Shown here: piece by piece, positions 1-12,341 of the stretch
Position numbering within the stretch: the stretch's first letter is position 1
Layout: each line of letters begins with the position of its first letter
Source of the DNA: Tubiluchus corallicola
Lineage: Eukaryota; Animalia; Priapulida
Direction of reading: 5' to 3'
Assembly: GCA_030141605.1 (NCBI GenBank)
Contig: JAQGDQ010000146.1
Span: forward strand, 379,933-443,932
DNA: 64,000 nucleotides
Program-made: the position numbers and the translations under genes
The notes under the pieces: generated by a model
What the model was told of the DNA's origin: nothing
The model's input: only the letters and a program-made list of their open reading frames with translations
Databases searched by the model: none

Positions 1-160
1 CGTCTTGACTACAATCGTTATGTGGCATGTGGATAACGCAAAGCATTAGTTCAGTAACTTCGGTTGTTTTATGTGGAGTTTAGTTATTTATGGATTAGTC
101 TGCGCAGGATATTGCTTGAGAACAAGAAAAAATGAACTTGGTAAGATTTTAGCTGGTTGT
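1..160 (-). mobile_element. Partial copy of TIR MITE family C
   Basis: Shares aacaagaaaaaatgaact..gtaag..t.tagct with copies at 24137-24509 and 47528-47918; truncated by the window edge and by a junction with family D. Confidence 0.7.
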
Positions 161-368
161 TGACAGGGTGCTACTTTTCTTCAAGACGAGTGACGTCATT
201 GAAAGAAGAATAAGCATTGAAAATAGGAGCGCCCAAGCATGAAGTGATCGCGACTTTAAAGTGATTTTACTAATCACATGGGGCGCTTATTGCAATTTTA
301 TTACTAAATCCTTCTAACATTTTTCGCGCACATTGAAATAAGCCCTAGAAGGCTTGACTTTTCCTTTA
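160..368 (+). mobile_element. 3' half of Kolobok-like MITE family D
   Basis: Reverse complement of about 5066-5283; ends ttttcctttaa. Confidence 0.7.
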
Positions 369-1106
369 AATTACCTAGAAATTCATTCTCTTCGTGCAAA
401 AGTGTATATTGCACTTTTATATATATATATTTTTCACATATGTCGCCTATTTTAATGTATGAACAATAGGTTTTGTACGAAAGAAGTTCACAGTAAGTCT
501 TGTAAATAACTCTGAGATGTGGATATTATACCGGGTTACACTATTTGCACAATTATCGATGAGCATGTATGGGTGTCTGCCATTGTTTGATATTGGAGAG
601 ATCGATGGAACATTGATTTCATCGTCGAGGCCTGAGAGTGGGTATCAATAATTTAAAGAGAGTTGTTGAACATTAGTCCCTCTTTACCCGTGCCCATGTA
701 TTATAAACACGACATCTTACTAATCTAAGAATTCCGGCCTTAAAGGATAAGAAAGGGGGTATCTGAAGTAGGTTTCAGAAAAATCGCCTTAAAAAATTCC
801 ATTACTTTATTCTAAGAAAGTAAAATTTTGATCACATTTCAATATATTTTCGAATTTTTAAGACCCTTCATAATGCTATAATTATGTTCTAAAACTGATC
901 ACTGTTTTCCTTTATAATCCACAAAGTGACTAAATAATAATAAAATGCGTCGACATTTAAGTCTGATGTTGGACGCGAAGCTGAAGACAATTTCACTGAT
1001 AAGACGCTGGAGTTACAAATTAAAGCTTAGAGTATTTAAATCTGAATGAGACTCACGGTCAGAGCTGAACCAGGTGCATAACTGCTCTAGATTAAACAGA
1101 GAATCA

Positions 1107-1763
1107 TTTAAAGAACAAGAAAAGAGGCACCTGAAGTGGATTTCAGAAAAATTGCCTTGAAGAATTATATTACTTAGCACAGCATTACTATTATTACACA
1201 GCATTTTTATGTGTGTATCGTACTTTGTTTGTTTTCATTTTAAATCTCCTGCAAAACTGTTCCGACCGCGCCATCACATGACGTCATATACACACAATGT
1301 AAATCAGAAAAAGAAAAGGAAATGTTAAATTAGGTCTCAAAAACTTTCCATGCAAAGTTTCGCTTACCTGCTTGAAAGACTTATGTAACTAGAAAGGAAA
1401 ACTAGTAATTATTTGAAATATTTTCACCTATTGGTAAAATATCATTGATTCACCTCCAGGGTGCACCACCCTCTAACCAAAAAACGTATTTTTAATCTTA
1501 TTGACAAGTTACTGACGTGTGCGCTACGAATGCTCTCGTTATTTTTTCAAACTTTACTCAATATTATCTAAATTTGTTTCAAACGGCTTATCGTCAAAAT
1601 GGCTGTGTCTAACGGTCATCGCGGGAGTTTAAATTTACAAGTTTTATACATCGTTACTGCCGGCGCAAGCCGTGAATGTAAAAAGGCAGATATGTAAGTG
1701 ATATAAAATTTCAAGACGAATTTTCTAAGCTTTATGTAAATGGAGGGTTTTCTTGTGCTTTAA
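1107..1763 (+). mobile_element. Kolobok-like non-autonomous element, family B
   Basis: Starts TTAAAGAACAAG and ends GCTTTAA; homologous to 18263-18927, 19450-20092 and 30803-31485; a terminal fragment also lies at 740-808. Confidence 0.75.
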
Positions 1764-2153
1764 GGCTGTGCCTTTACCGCCCCCTAGTTTACTCATTTTA
1801 TGTCCTTCTCTTGCGGATGGCTATGATGATGATGCAACTGCACTTTAGTGGCAGTCATGATGATGATGCAACTGCACTTTAGTGTCAACGATATCGACAC
1901 TTATAATCATCATCTCTCGGCAGCTTCGTCTTGGGAATTCTCTCACTGTGAAGATAATGCGTTTAGGATGTACTTTCGCTCTGTAAAATATCGTCAATTA
2001 ATTTTTAATTGAACAATCTTTCATTTTGGCCGCAGCAATGCATTAGCTCATGGCATGTGGACACAGTGAATAGTTTGCTTGTGTTACGGACTATTAAAAA
2101 CCGTCAACATTGTGTAATAAAGCAAAACCGGGCCAACCGTCAACATTGCGTGC

Positions 2154-2764
2154 TAAGTAAAACCGAACCTAATCTTGAACTGTTGATCAAAACAATCTGC
2201 TCTTTAAAATATTGAAAGGAAACATACTAGTTTTTCAAAAATGACTTACTTGAAATAATTAGTACCACACAAGCACAATTTCACGCTCGCGCCACTAGTT
2301 CTTTACTGTTACCTGCATTTCGCCATTCGCTAGTTAGACGGGCACTAGCGCCTGCATTTCTGAAACGCATTGCACAAAAGCAGGTGCTGTACCTCTCAGT
2401 TCAGATATGTCAGTTTGTGAGGTACTGCACACATTCGACAGCTCATGCGGGAGTACAGAAGTAAATTTGAAATTTGATTTTTAATCTTAAAACTTGCCTA
2501 GTTTTAGTACACAACACTGAATATCTTACAGTAGCACTGTACTTCAATTTTCGCTTTCTCAAACACATGCAACACGCACGTGGAATGTTTTTACTGTTAA
2601 AAATTATGTTAGTTTGTGATGTCATCAATAGTTGGGCTCGCATCAATTAAGTTTTTAATCTGCTATTTAATTATCAGAAACGCTTTTGCAGTATTAATCG
2701 TGTTAAAATATATAGTTTTTATCGGACTTGGAAATGGGGTGGTGTATGAAAAATTATCTTTTCC
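2154..2764 (+). mobile_element. Kolobok-like non-autonomous element, family A (~600 bp)
   Basis: Matches about 9 other copies in the window; family termini are TTAA-AGCAAAACCGGA ... TCCTGTCTTCCT-TTAA. Confidence 0.8.
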
Positions 2765-3079
2765 AGAAATTTTTTTTCCATGCTCGTGCAATTATTTACA
2801 AAACTCGATAAAACGTGTCGTTGGATGTGGTAAAGGATTCCAGACAGACATGTTCACTGTCAACAATCACATTTTCCAGATGTGTCAAAAACCTATTTTC
2901 ACTTTAAACCTCTTGACTTTAACTTTCGACGTTCATACATCTGTAGTCTAGTTGTTTCGTAAAGTTCTCTTACAAGAACTAGTGACGGAAGAATTTTGTA
3001 TCATAGGCAGTAATTGCAATGCCGTTTTCTGTACATCCCCCCCCCCGGAGTACAAAAGAACGACTCCAAACCTGACACA

Positions 3080-3470
3080 ATAAACCTTTTCACAGTTTCA
3101 GCGATTGGTGATGATCGTGAAAATGTCAAAGGTTAAGTGTACCAGACAATGCATTTGTGTACGCTTAGCAACTCCTCACAGCCCATGCTATTGTAATCGT
3201 AACAGTTTTAACAGCTAGCTAGAACCTTACCTAGTTCATTTTTTCTTGTTCTCAAGCAAGATCCTGCTAGTAAATCACTGTACGATCAGACTAATGTGTA
3301 ATTAAGTAAAGTCCACGTAAAACAACTGACGTTATTGAACTGATGTGGCAAACTGCTTTGTTTAACATACACGTCACGTGTGGGTTGTGGCAAAACGTGT
3401 TGGTGTGGCACACTTAACCTTTGACCTACAGCAACTGCGCGTGCGCACAACGAAACTGTGAAAAGGCTTG
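3080..3470 (+). mobile_element. TIR MITE family C (~390 bp)
   Basis: TIR taa(g)ccttttcacagtttc ... gaaactgtgaaaaggctt, plus subterminal inverted repeat gtcaaaggttaagtgt/acacttaacctttgac. Confidence 0.8.
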
Positions 3471-3839
3471 TTGGCCACAATAAAGCCCGGATTGACGTTG
3501 TTTGTGATGTTTTCCTGATGGTAAAATATTTTTCTTGCTCACAAGAATCTGTAACAAGTGAGAATGGCATAAAATACTTTTGCTAATTAGCCGTCATGAT
3601 GCTAAGCTTCTTCTGCTGTTGACGTTTAATCACAAACAGCTGAGGGGTAATGATAAAAAATGAAACAAGCAAACGAGTTTTACAATCACGAAGACTTGCC
3701 AGATGTATGTATCTACGTGTGCTATAATTATTTGCTTGCAATATGAGTAACAGATCAAGCATTTCAATAAGGTAAACGCTTTGCTTAGTCTGCTTGCCTG
3801 TTTGCATCTGTATCTTATGGACAAACGCCACCTATAAAG

Positions 3840-4175
3840 AGCAACTTCCTGTGAATGCTCTGCAGGCGTGAGATTATAATACTGAAAAGTTACGAGTCAT
3901 TGACCCTACCACCGGAAGTACGTTAGAAGCTGTTACTCTGGCCAATCAGATGTGTCTTGTATTACTCCGCCTAAAGGCCAATCAAAAACAACTTAGTGCC
4001 CGTCTCCATGGTGACAAGTCAGCAGAGGACGTTACAAAAGTGACAGGTCAGCAGAGGCTCGTTGCTAAGTGGTACTAAGGATAGATATTTTTAGATGTGC
4101 GAAATAAATCAACTAAGTTTAGTTTCAGAATTGGGATATATAAAGGCCAGCATTATCAGCTGGAAGGTAGTAAGT
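3840..4175 (+). promoter_or_regulatory. Promoter-like motif cluster
   Basis: ETS sites acttcctg (~3844) and ccggaagt (~3912), two GCCAATC boxes (~3941, ~3978), GC-box-like ctccgcc, and TATATAAAG (~4136); target gene unknown. Confidence 0.35.
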
Positions 4176-5065
4176 TTGTAGACTTAAGTGCCCTGCTATA
4201 GACTCTGCACCAGGCGTTTTTTTACCCTCTTAGACTTATTGTGGATGTTCATCAGTGCACTTTGTGTTCAATATACTATACGATCACATATGCTAAATAA
4301 GACTTTATGTTTCATACTTCATCACGTGACGATAATTATAGTGCTTATTCTAAGAGAAGTTTACAATTGATAATCAACTACGCCACTCAAAGAACATCTT
4401 CATTATTAGCAGACACACACACACATTATTACTTATGTTCCGTCATTAACATCAGCAATGACAGGCGTATCAACATTTCGAGCAGAAAAACGTCACTGAT
4501 TCATTGCGTTTTGGGCTTCCCATGTCTTCTAACAACTTCATTTATGGCTTCAGGTTATAAACTGCACATTACAACGGTGTGTTCTTTTTCCAAGCAACTA
4601 CATTGAAACGTGACGTATATCCCTTTAATGGAATCAAAAGCATTCATAACTAACATTATGATATGGAGACATTATTTTTTGCTTTATCCTTGGATCGTCT
4701 TATGGCTTCCTTTATATAATTATGTCTGCCCTGTGTCGTCAGCAATTCTGAATCCTCAAGAGATCAGAAGTAAATGGATCATGTGGATGTTAAAATTCGT
4801 ATCAGCGCGAGCACAGTGGGACTTCCTCGCTACTTTCTAGTAATAACAGCAGTCGCGCGACACTGTTCTTTGAATTATTGAGGACCCTGTAGGATTGTTG
4901 CCATTTTTATGTCGCAAAATGCAGCGGCAATCTGTTTTAAGGCGAGTACGCGGCAAGGAAATGGGTATTCCATGCAAAGTCAAACGCATACAAATCAGCA
5001 GGCTACAGAAATGATTGTATCATAAGCCTCTCTGATTTCTCTTCATAAAGTGGACGAGATAAAGG

Positions 5066-5594
5066 TTAAATGAAAACTCAAGCTTTCTGGGAAGTTAGGC
5101 TTATTTTAATGTTCGTGAAAAATGTTAGAAGGATTTAGCAATGAAACTGCAATAAGCGCCTCGTGTAACCAGCAAAGTCACTTTTAAGTTGCGATCACTT
5201 AATACTTTGGCGCTTCCATTTTCAAATGCCCATTCTTCTTCCAATGACGTCATTCGTCTTGAAGAAAAGTAGCGCTTTGTCAACCTTCATCAAAAGTATT
5301 AAAGTTTTTACAAGAAAAATAGATAGCTATTTCGCAATATTTTTGCGTGAACATTCGGTAAACTGCAGAAGTTTGAATTAATTTAAACAGCGCGCGCTCA
5401 CGGAAAGCTACGATGCGCTTACGAAAAGTCACAAAGTCTCCCAGTTACGTCATGATTTTCAAGTGAATGGTGGCAACCACCAAGCCTGAACATTTCTATT
5501 CAGAGGTAGTATATCTTAAATTTATGCTTTATAGAAGTTTAAGTGATAACAGTAAAATAAACGCAACCCCCGGAGTGACTTGTTCTTTCCTTTA
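5066..5594 (-). mobile_element. Kolobok-like MITE family D, full-length copy
   Basis: TTAA at both ends; partial copies at 160-368, 14770-15017 and 23407-23760. Confidence 0.75.
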
Positions 5595-5789
5595 ATGAAG
5601 TAAGGGTGCAGTGTAGAGTCAGTCCACTTTCAGAAGTAGATTGGATGCAGTCGTTTGTCATGGTTATTTTAAACCTTACGTCGAGCCTAGCCTAGTTGTA
5701 AATTACGATAGTTCGGTTCTTGTAATTGCCTAGGTGGGTTGTAATGGCGCTGGCTTTGCATTACCTGCATGTGAGTGCTGGAGTGAAAC

Positions 5790-6740
5790 GGCTCCATGTG
5801 TACGTAATGCGTGGTCCGTAATGCGTATATAACAGTTTGTAATTAAACATGTAGAAGTGTTTCCATGTGTATGTAATGCGTTATGCGTGATGTACAATAG
5901 TTTGTATACGCATTACGGATCACGCATCACGCATTACGTACACGTGGAAACACTTCTACATTTAAAGATGTGTTTCCATCCATACGTATGGCGTAATGCG
6001 TGATGCGAGATCCGTAATGCGTATATAACCGTTTGTATTTAAATATGTAGAAGTGTTTCCATGTTTACGTAATGCGTAATTCGTAACGTGTGATCCGTAT
6101 TCATTCGAACGTGATCGCTATCACCCGAATACGCATCACGCAGCAATACACAGACAGGAAACCGCCGTTGCCTAGGTGATTATAGCGAGTTTTCAAGTTT
6201 CCGGTGACCATTTTCGCCGTTTAGCTGTCTGAAAATTCTAGTTAGGTGAGTTTTGATCACTTTAACACCTATAAACAATAATATTTTTCCTGTTTTGAGA
6301 GGTGGAAGAAGCATGTAGTTATGTGTTGTGCATCTATCTGCAATTTTTTCACTAAATGATGATACCTGCCATATTGTTCTCTCCCCTGCAAAATATTGTG
6401 CACCAAAACCTGTGCTTTCCGTATAATAATAAGCGAATGCAGCAGCTGAAATTATCACGCTGAAATTTAGACAGAGACGTCGTTTCCAAAAATTGTTGCT
6501 CGCAATTTTCAAGAATAGTGACCAAAAATGGCGGAAGGAGCGCCGTGAGCTTTATTAACGCACATAGCGTTTACGCACACATGGAAACAGTCGATACGCA
6601 CTACGCACACATGGGAACAGTCAATACGCATGACGCATTACGGATTACAGATCACGCATTGCGCATTACGCGCACAAGGAAATAGTCAGTACGCATCACG
6701 CATTATGGATCACAGATCACGCATTACGTGCATATGGCTT
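5790..6740 (-). mobile_element. PIF/Harbinger-derived foldback element with transposase N-terminal relic
   Basis: Inverted arrays of cgtaatgcgt/acgcattacg and gtttccatgtg/cacatggaaac; minus strand 6430-6285 reads (RKHRFW)VHNILQGREQYGRYHHLVKKLQID...FFHLSKQE, resembling the Harbinger transposase N-terminal motif WVHP..RE..GEFH.L..EL..D...YFRMS. Confidence 0.7.
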
Positions 6741-7242
6741 AACACATAAAGAGCTGAAAATGGGATAGAAGAAAACGAAAAAAAACAAAACAATCGTTGT
6801 TACGTAAAAAACGGTGAACTCCATTCCAGCTGTGAAATTTTAGTTTTTATCCCAATCACATAATCAAGCTCAAGCCATCATTACATATTTCTGCCTTTTC
6901 CTTTTTTTCTTACTAGCCGACGTCACCATCTTCTTCCTCTTTATTCTCTTTCTTCTTCTTTGTATAAAGTTTGTTTACCTAACATTTACTGGCCATTTAA
7001 TAAAAGTGCTCTTAACACTGTTATCAGAATTTAAACTTTTTAAAAAATTCTGTGATCTTTTAAGTAGTTTAATTTTTACGAGACAGATGTATTTTCAACC
7101 AGGACTGTCCTAGAGGCTATAGAAGAAGGTTTTATTAACTAGGAATTTAACTGAAGCTAACACAAACGATTTCTGTGACACGATAAGCCTGTTCTCACAT
7201 TTCCTGTCTTGTGGACTTCAAAGTTTGCGGCTTCAGGAAAAT

Positions 7243-7309
7243 CTCTCTCTTTCTCTATTCTCTCTCTCTCTCTCTCTATTTCTCGCTCTTTTTCTATCTC
7301 TCTCTTTTT

Positions 7310-7357
<48 letters not shown>

Positions 7358-7389
7358 ATTCTCTCCCTCTCTCTATTTCTCGCTCTCTT

Positions 7390-7474
<85 letters not shown>

Positions 7475-7645
7475 CTCTCTCTGTCTTTCCCCTTTCTCTT
7501 TCTCGCTCTTTCTTTTTCTCCTCTTTCTCATTCTCTCTCTTTGCCCCTCTCTCGCTCTCTCTCTTTCTCTCTATCTCTCACCCACTCATCTCTCTTTCTT
7601 CCCCCCTCTCTCTCTCTCTGCCTCTCTTTTTCCCTTTCTCTCTCT
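7243..7645. repeat. (CT)n microsatellite, imperfect
   Basis: Directly visible. Confidence 0.95.
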
Positions 7646-7719
7646 GTGACGCCGGGTTTTACTTGTTGGTTCTCTGTTCTTTATTTAAGCCAGATTTTCT
7701 TCAACAATTCCCAAACTAG

Positions 7720-7850
7720 TACTCCTAGCCGAGCGGTGAGGCAGTAGTACACAGATGTTAATAGTTTAGAAACTGAATCAGTTTCTCATAGGTACCTCTA
7801 CGGGGCGTACCTTGAGACAAAAGATATGGGTTCGAATCACGAGTGGGATC
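7720..7850 (+). mobile_element. tRNA-derived SINE head or tRNA pseudogene
   Basis: Pol III A box TAGCCGAGCGG (7726-7736) and B box GGTTCGAATC (7829-7838) with an unusually long spacer; no clean cloverleaf. Confidence 0.4.
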
Positions 7851-8314
7851 TTAAGTGTTGGCCTTGAGTTGCTGTTATTGTGTTTAGCTAACAAAGTGTG
7901 AACTATTCATAATATTTTTACTGTTCAAATACTTTTTAAACGTTCACAAAGAAACGCACTCCAAGATACATATTTTGTGTATAAAGAACAATCAAAATTT
8001 AATGAACAAAAATGTGATGATCAAAAGTTAATTCCCAAAATCCAGTAGAGTGCTGCACTCCTTTTTGGTTTAAAATTAAAAGCGCTTTCAAAGGCAGTTT
8101 CTCAGACAACAAGAATAAACTTATTCACTACAGCACAGCTGTTTTTTCAAATAAAGCATACCTAAATCATGTTATACTTTAAACAAACAAACCTTCAAAT
8201 TGTTGCAAAACTTCATAGACATAACGTTGTTTACCAAACATGGAGGAAAAATACGTACGAGGCAAAACCCAACTAAAGATAAACAAATTAGATTCTAATA
8301 CACTAGGTACTCAC

Positions 8315-8870
8315 TAATTACCCTTTCCCTGGGAGGTGCACCGAAAAACCTGTCCACGCTGAGATGGTTCACTGTCCATTAACGTCTTGGCATGCCACAT
8401 AGTCACTGGTGACGTCACTGGAAACGAAGTCTGCACTGTCCAGTAGATGAGGTAGGTGAGGTGACATCAAGAATGGTTTAACTTTCTCAGAAGCTGGCAT
8501 CAGGTAAATTTATGCGGTGATATTCAGTCTAAACTTTCCACATGAATAGTAGTAACTCCATAACGGCTTAAGCAAATTGTCCCAAGTATCCATTTGGCTG
8601 TAATCTCCGAGAGTGCATAAAATGTATCACAACGTATCTAGACTGCTTGAAAACGTTACTGTCCTTTAACTGTAATCACAGTTATAAAATGCTAAATGCC
8701 AAACTGCAACAAATTACATAGTCCGCAGGTAAACGTACCGAGAAAACGTCTTTACTTCATAGCTATCCACGTGCCGACTGAAACCGTCGAAATAAAACTA
8801 GGACGACAACCTGGTTTCCAAATTATGCACTTGTTGAAGGACAGGTGTGTGGCTTTCCCATCCGCAGTAC
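8315..8870 (-). other. Putative 5' exons of a minus-strand gene running out of the window
   Basis: Minus-strand donor GTACGT (8738), acceptor ATTACAG (8670) and donor GTGAGT (8314) define a ~69-bp intron and a ~355-bp exon ending in an open frame (MWHAKTLMDSEPSQRGQVFRCTSQGKGN); no homology recognised. Confidence 0.3.
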
Positions 8871-8929
8871 TTACAGTACCTATTCATAATACTAGCTAAA
8901 CATTCGTCTATAGTAGACTGTGCATAACA

Positions 8930-9003
8930 CTCTCTCTCGCTCTTTCTCTGTCTTCTTTCTCTCTCTCTCTTTCTCTCTCTCTCTCTTTCTCCTCTCTCTC
9001 TCT

Positions 9004-9042
<39 letters not shown>

Positions 9043-9070
9043 CTCTCTTTCTCCCATCTATCTCTCGTTC
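8930..9070. repeat. (CT)n microsatellite
   Basis: Directly visible. Confidence 0.9.
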
Positions 9071-9837
9071 TCTGAATTCCTTCCCTTTCTCTCTGTACCT
9101 CCCTTTCTCTTACCTTTCTTTTCTAATACCATTTCTTCATGTCTGCTTCATTTTCTAGCTTCTTTGAAGGTTACCCAAAGAACAAGTCATAGAAACAACC
9201 GATGTTAGTGCAGGGTTTGCTTACATCAAATTAGAAATTCGGGAGCCGGTGACCTTGTAAAAAAAACTTCATAGCTGCCCAAAATAATCTAACTTGTAAC
9301 GAACCACTTAAGATATTCAAATGATGTAGTTTTCACTTCAGTTATACGACTATAGTTGGAAGGGTGTCAGCGCTTTTGTTATCAGTTTGTTTGCGTGAGT
9401 GCAAACTGTAGCAGTGAGCCATAACATTGTGGCCACTTAAATATTGAATCGTCTATATATTCTGCTCTTATAGTTCATTGTGCATTGCTTTCGGGATCTC
9501 TTTATCCCAGCCCTCATTTAGCAAATGTCTGTGTGTCCCGGGTGTCTTGGCACAACCACTAGAACGAATACTAACATGATTATTCAGCTTCGTGCTCATA
9601 CAATGTTATTAAACGTGGTAACTTACTATAATGATATCACACGTTCTTGTGGGAATACACGATGCATCGACAGTATGCTGTCAATTATTTGCCCTTTATA
9701 TGTAAAATTTATTATTTAGTCAGTACTTCCTATGTTATTGTAGTTTGTCATATATTTGTTATTTGCCTGATTTTTCTTGTAAAAAAACAGAAAAACAGAA
9801 ACGTCATGCTTGTCTACGCAATACTCACGGACACACC

Positions 9838-10643
9838 TTTTGGCGTCCCTAGGCTAATGAAGTTATGGGGCCCCCTCAGATGGAGCCACCCTCTAATTTG
9901 CTCGTACTCGTCCCGAATATTTTTTACTTGTGATATATTTTAGCCACATTTGTATAGCTGGGTCCCCTTATCTCAAATAAAGGACCTCAAACAGAGACCA
10001 TTTGTCTCAAATAAAAGGCTTCAAACAGGGACCATTTGTCTCAAATAACAGCCTCAAACAAGGACCATATGTCTCAAATAAAAGGCCTCAAACGTGGACC
10101 ACTTGTCTCAGATAAAAGGCCTCAAACAGGGACCATTTGTCTCAAATAAAAGGCTTCAAACAGCGACCATTTGTCTCAAATAAAAGGCCTCAAACAGGGA
10201 CCATTTGTCTCAAATAAAAGGCTTCAAACAGGGACCATTTGTCTCAGATAAAAGGCTTCAAGCAGGGACCATTTGTCTCAGATAAAAGGCCTCAAACAGG
10301 GACCATTTGTCTCAAATGAAAGGCTTCAAACAAGGACCATTTGTCTCAATAAAAGGCCTCAAGCAGGGACCATTTGTCTCAAATAAAAGGCCTCAAACAG
10401 GGACCATTTGTCTCAAATAAAAGGCCTCAAACAGGGACAATTTGTCTCAAATAAAAGGCCTCAAACAGGGATCCTTTTCTTAAGTGAGGAGCCACTTTAA
10501 AATTAGATTTTCAGACTTTCTTAAAGCTGATTTTTTTTCTTATTTTATGTTATATGAATTATTCAGTAGTGCAAAGTAAGGGCCCCCAAGTTTGAGGGGT
10601 CCTAGGCTGCAGCCTATACTAGCCTATAGGGTAAACCAGCCCT
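9838..10643 (+). mobile_element. hAT-like MITE family F carrying an internal minisatellite
   Basis: Ends ...gcctatagggtaaaccagccctg (CAGGG-type terminus); 5' part matches the reverse complement of 21006-21262. Confidence 0.65.
9971..10470. repeat. 34-bp minisatellite, ~15 copies
   Basis: Unit aaataaaaggcctcaaacagggaccatttgtctc. Confidence 0.95.
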
Positions 10644-10701
10644 GCTCACACAGCACAACTAAGTTGAGAAAAATTCGCAACGTGCTTTTTGCAAAACTTC
10701 G

Positions 10702-10859
10702 TACGGGTGGCTTGTTAAAGACATAATAAAAATAAAAAAAAATATTAAATCAAAATTCCGACTTAAGAACTTGATCTCGAAATTTCGAGATACCAAGTGG
10801 AAATTTCGAGTTAACAATTAAATTTTTTATTTTTACTATATACCTAACAAGCCACCGTA
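10702..10859. mobile_element. Small TA-flanked TIR MITE
   Basis: tacgg(g)tggcttgtta ... taacaagccaccgta; internal palindrome atctcgaaatttcgagat. Confidence 0.6.
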
Positions 10860-11242
10860 ACTTCATGTTATAGTAAAATGTTTTGCGTTTGTAAATGCGA
10901 ACAACGTTTTGATACTTTGCTGTTTTAAAAGTGACTCATTTAAAGTTTTAAGGCTAAAGTTTTAAGGCTTTGTTTAATCAAGATTACTAGTAAGTTTTCT
11001 AGATTTATTCACCAATATTTTTTCATTAACTTATTTCATAAAATTAGTTAACGTTTTTACCACGTTTTATTGGTCACTTGAAAGCAATTTGCAATAATTG
11101 GTTTAAAATGCATTTAACATTAATGATGAATCTTGACCACATGCTAGCATCTATTGGCCAGTGGATCGTATATAGGCTTTCGGCCGCTGAATCCTTATCA
11201 ATGGGCTGAGAAAGAATTCGAGGAAACAACAATAATTGAAGA

Positions 11243-12341
11243 AGCCAAGACTCTGCATCAGTAACCTGACAGAACCCACATTCGAGAAACATCAAAACTT
11301 CTAAGCCAAGACCCTGAATCAGTAACCTCACAGAACCCACATCCGAGGCACATCAAAACTTCAAAGCCAAGAGCCTGCATCAATAACCTCACAGAACCCA
11401 TATCCGAGGCACATCAAAACTTCAAAGCCAAGACCCTGCATCAGTAACCTCACAGAACCCATATCCGAGGCACATCAAAACTTCAAAGCCAAACCATTGC
11501 ATCAGTAACCTCTCAGAACCCACACATCCAAGACACATCAAAACTTCAAAGCCAAGACCCTGGATCAGTAACCTCACAGAACCTACATCCGAGACACATC
11601 AAAACTTCAAAGCCTAGACCCTGCATTAGTAACCTCACAGAACCCACATCCGAGGCACATCAAAACTTCAAAGCCAAGAGCCTGCATCAGTAACCTCTCA
11701 GAACCCGCATCCAAGATACATTAAAACTTCAAAGCCAAGACCCTGCATCAGTAACCTCACAGAACCCACATCCGAGGCACATTAAAACTTCAAAGCCAAG
11801 ACCCTGCATCAGTAACCTCACAGAACCCGCATCCAAGACACATTAAAACTTCAAAGCCAAGACCCCGCACAAGTAACCTCACAGAACCCACATCCGAGAC
11901 ATATCAAAACTTCAAAGACAAGACCCTGCATCAGTAACCTCACAGAACCCACATTCGAGGCACATCAAAACTTCAAAGCCAAGACCCTGCATCAGTAACC
12001 TCACAGAACCTAGATCCGAGACACACCAAAACTTCAAAGCCAAAACCCTGCATCAGTAACCTCACAGAACCCACATCCGAGACACATCAAAACTTCGAAG
12101 CCAAGACCCTGCGTCAATAACCACACAGAACCCATATCCGAGGCACATCAAAACTTCAAAGCCAAACCCTTGCATCAGTAACCTCACAGAACCCACATCC
12201 GAGACACATCAAAACTTCAAAGCCAAGACCCTGCATCAGTAACCTCACAGAACCCACATCCGAGACACATCAAAACTTCAAAGCGAAGACACTGCATCAG
12301 TACGTCTCAGAACCCACGTTCAAGAAACATCAAAACTTCAA
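11243..12341. repeat. 61-bp minisatellite, ~18 copies
   Basis: Unit caagaccctgcatcagtaacctcacagaacccacatccgagrcacatcaaaacttcaaagc. Confidence 0.95.

Noticed and set aside
7209-7747. Ser/Leu-rich ORFs (also 15405-15688, 32833-33157, 33805-34146, 40001-40487, 52579-53230)
   Set aside because: Translations of micro- or minisatellites, open in several frames; not genes
9971-12341. Regular arrays resembling CRISPR
   Set aside because: Head-to-tail units without unique spacers, no cas genes, eukaryotic context
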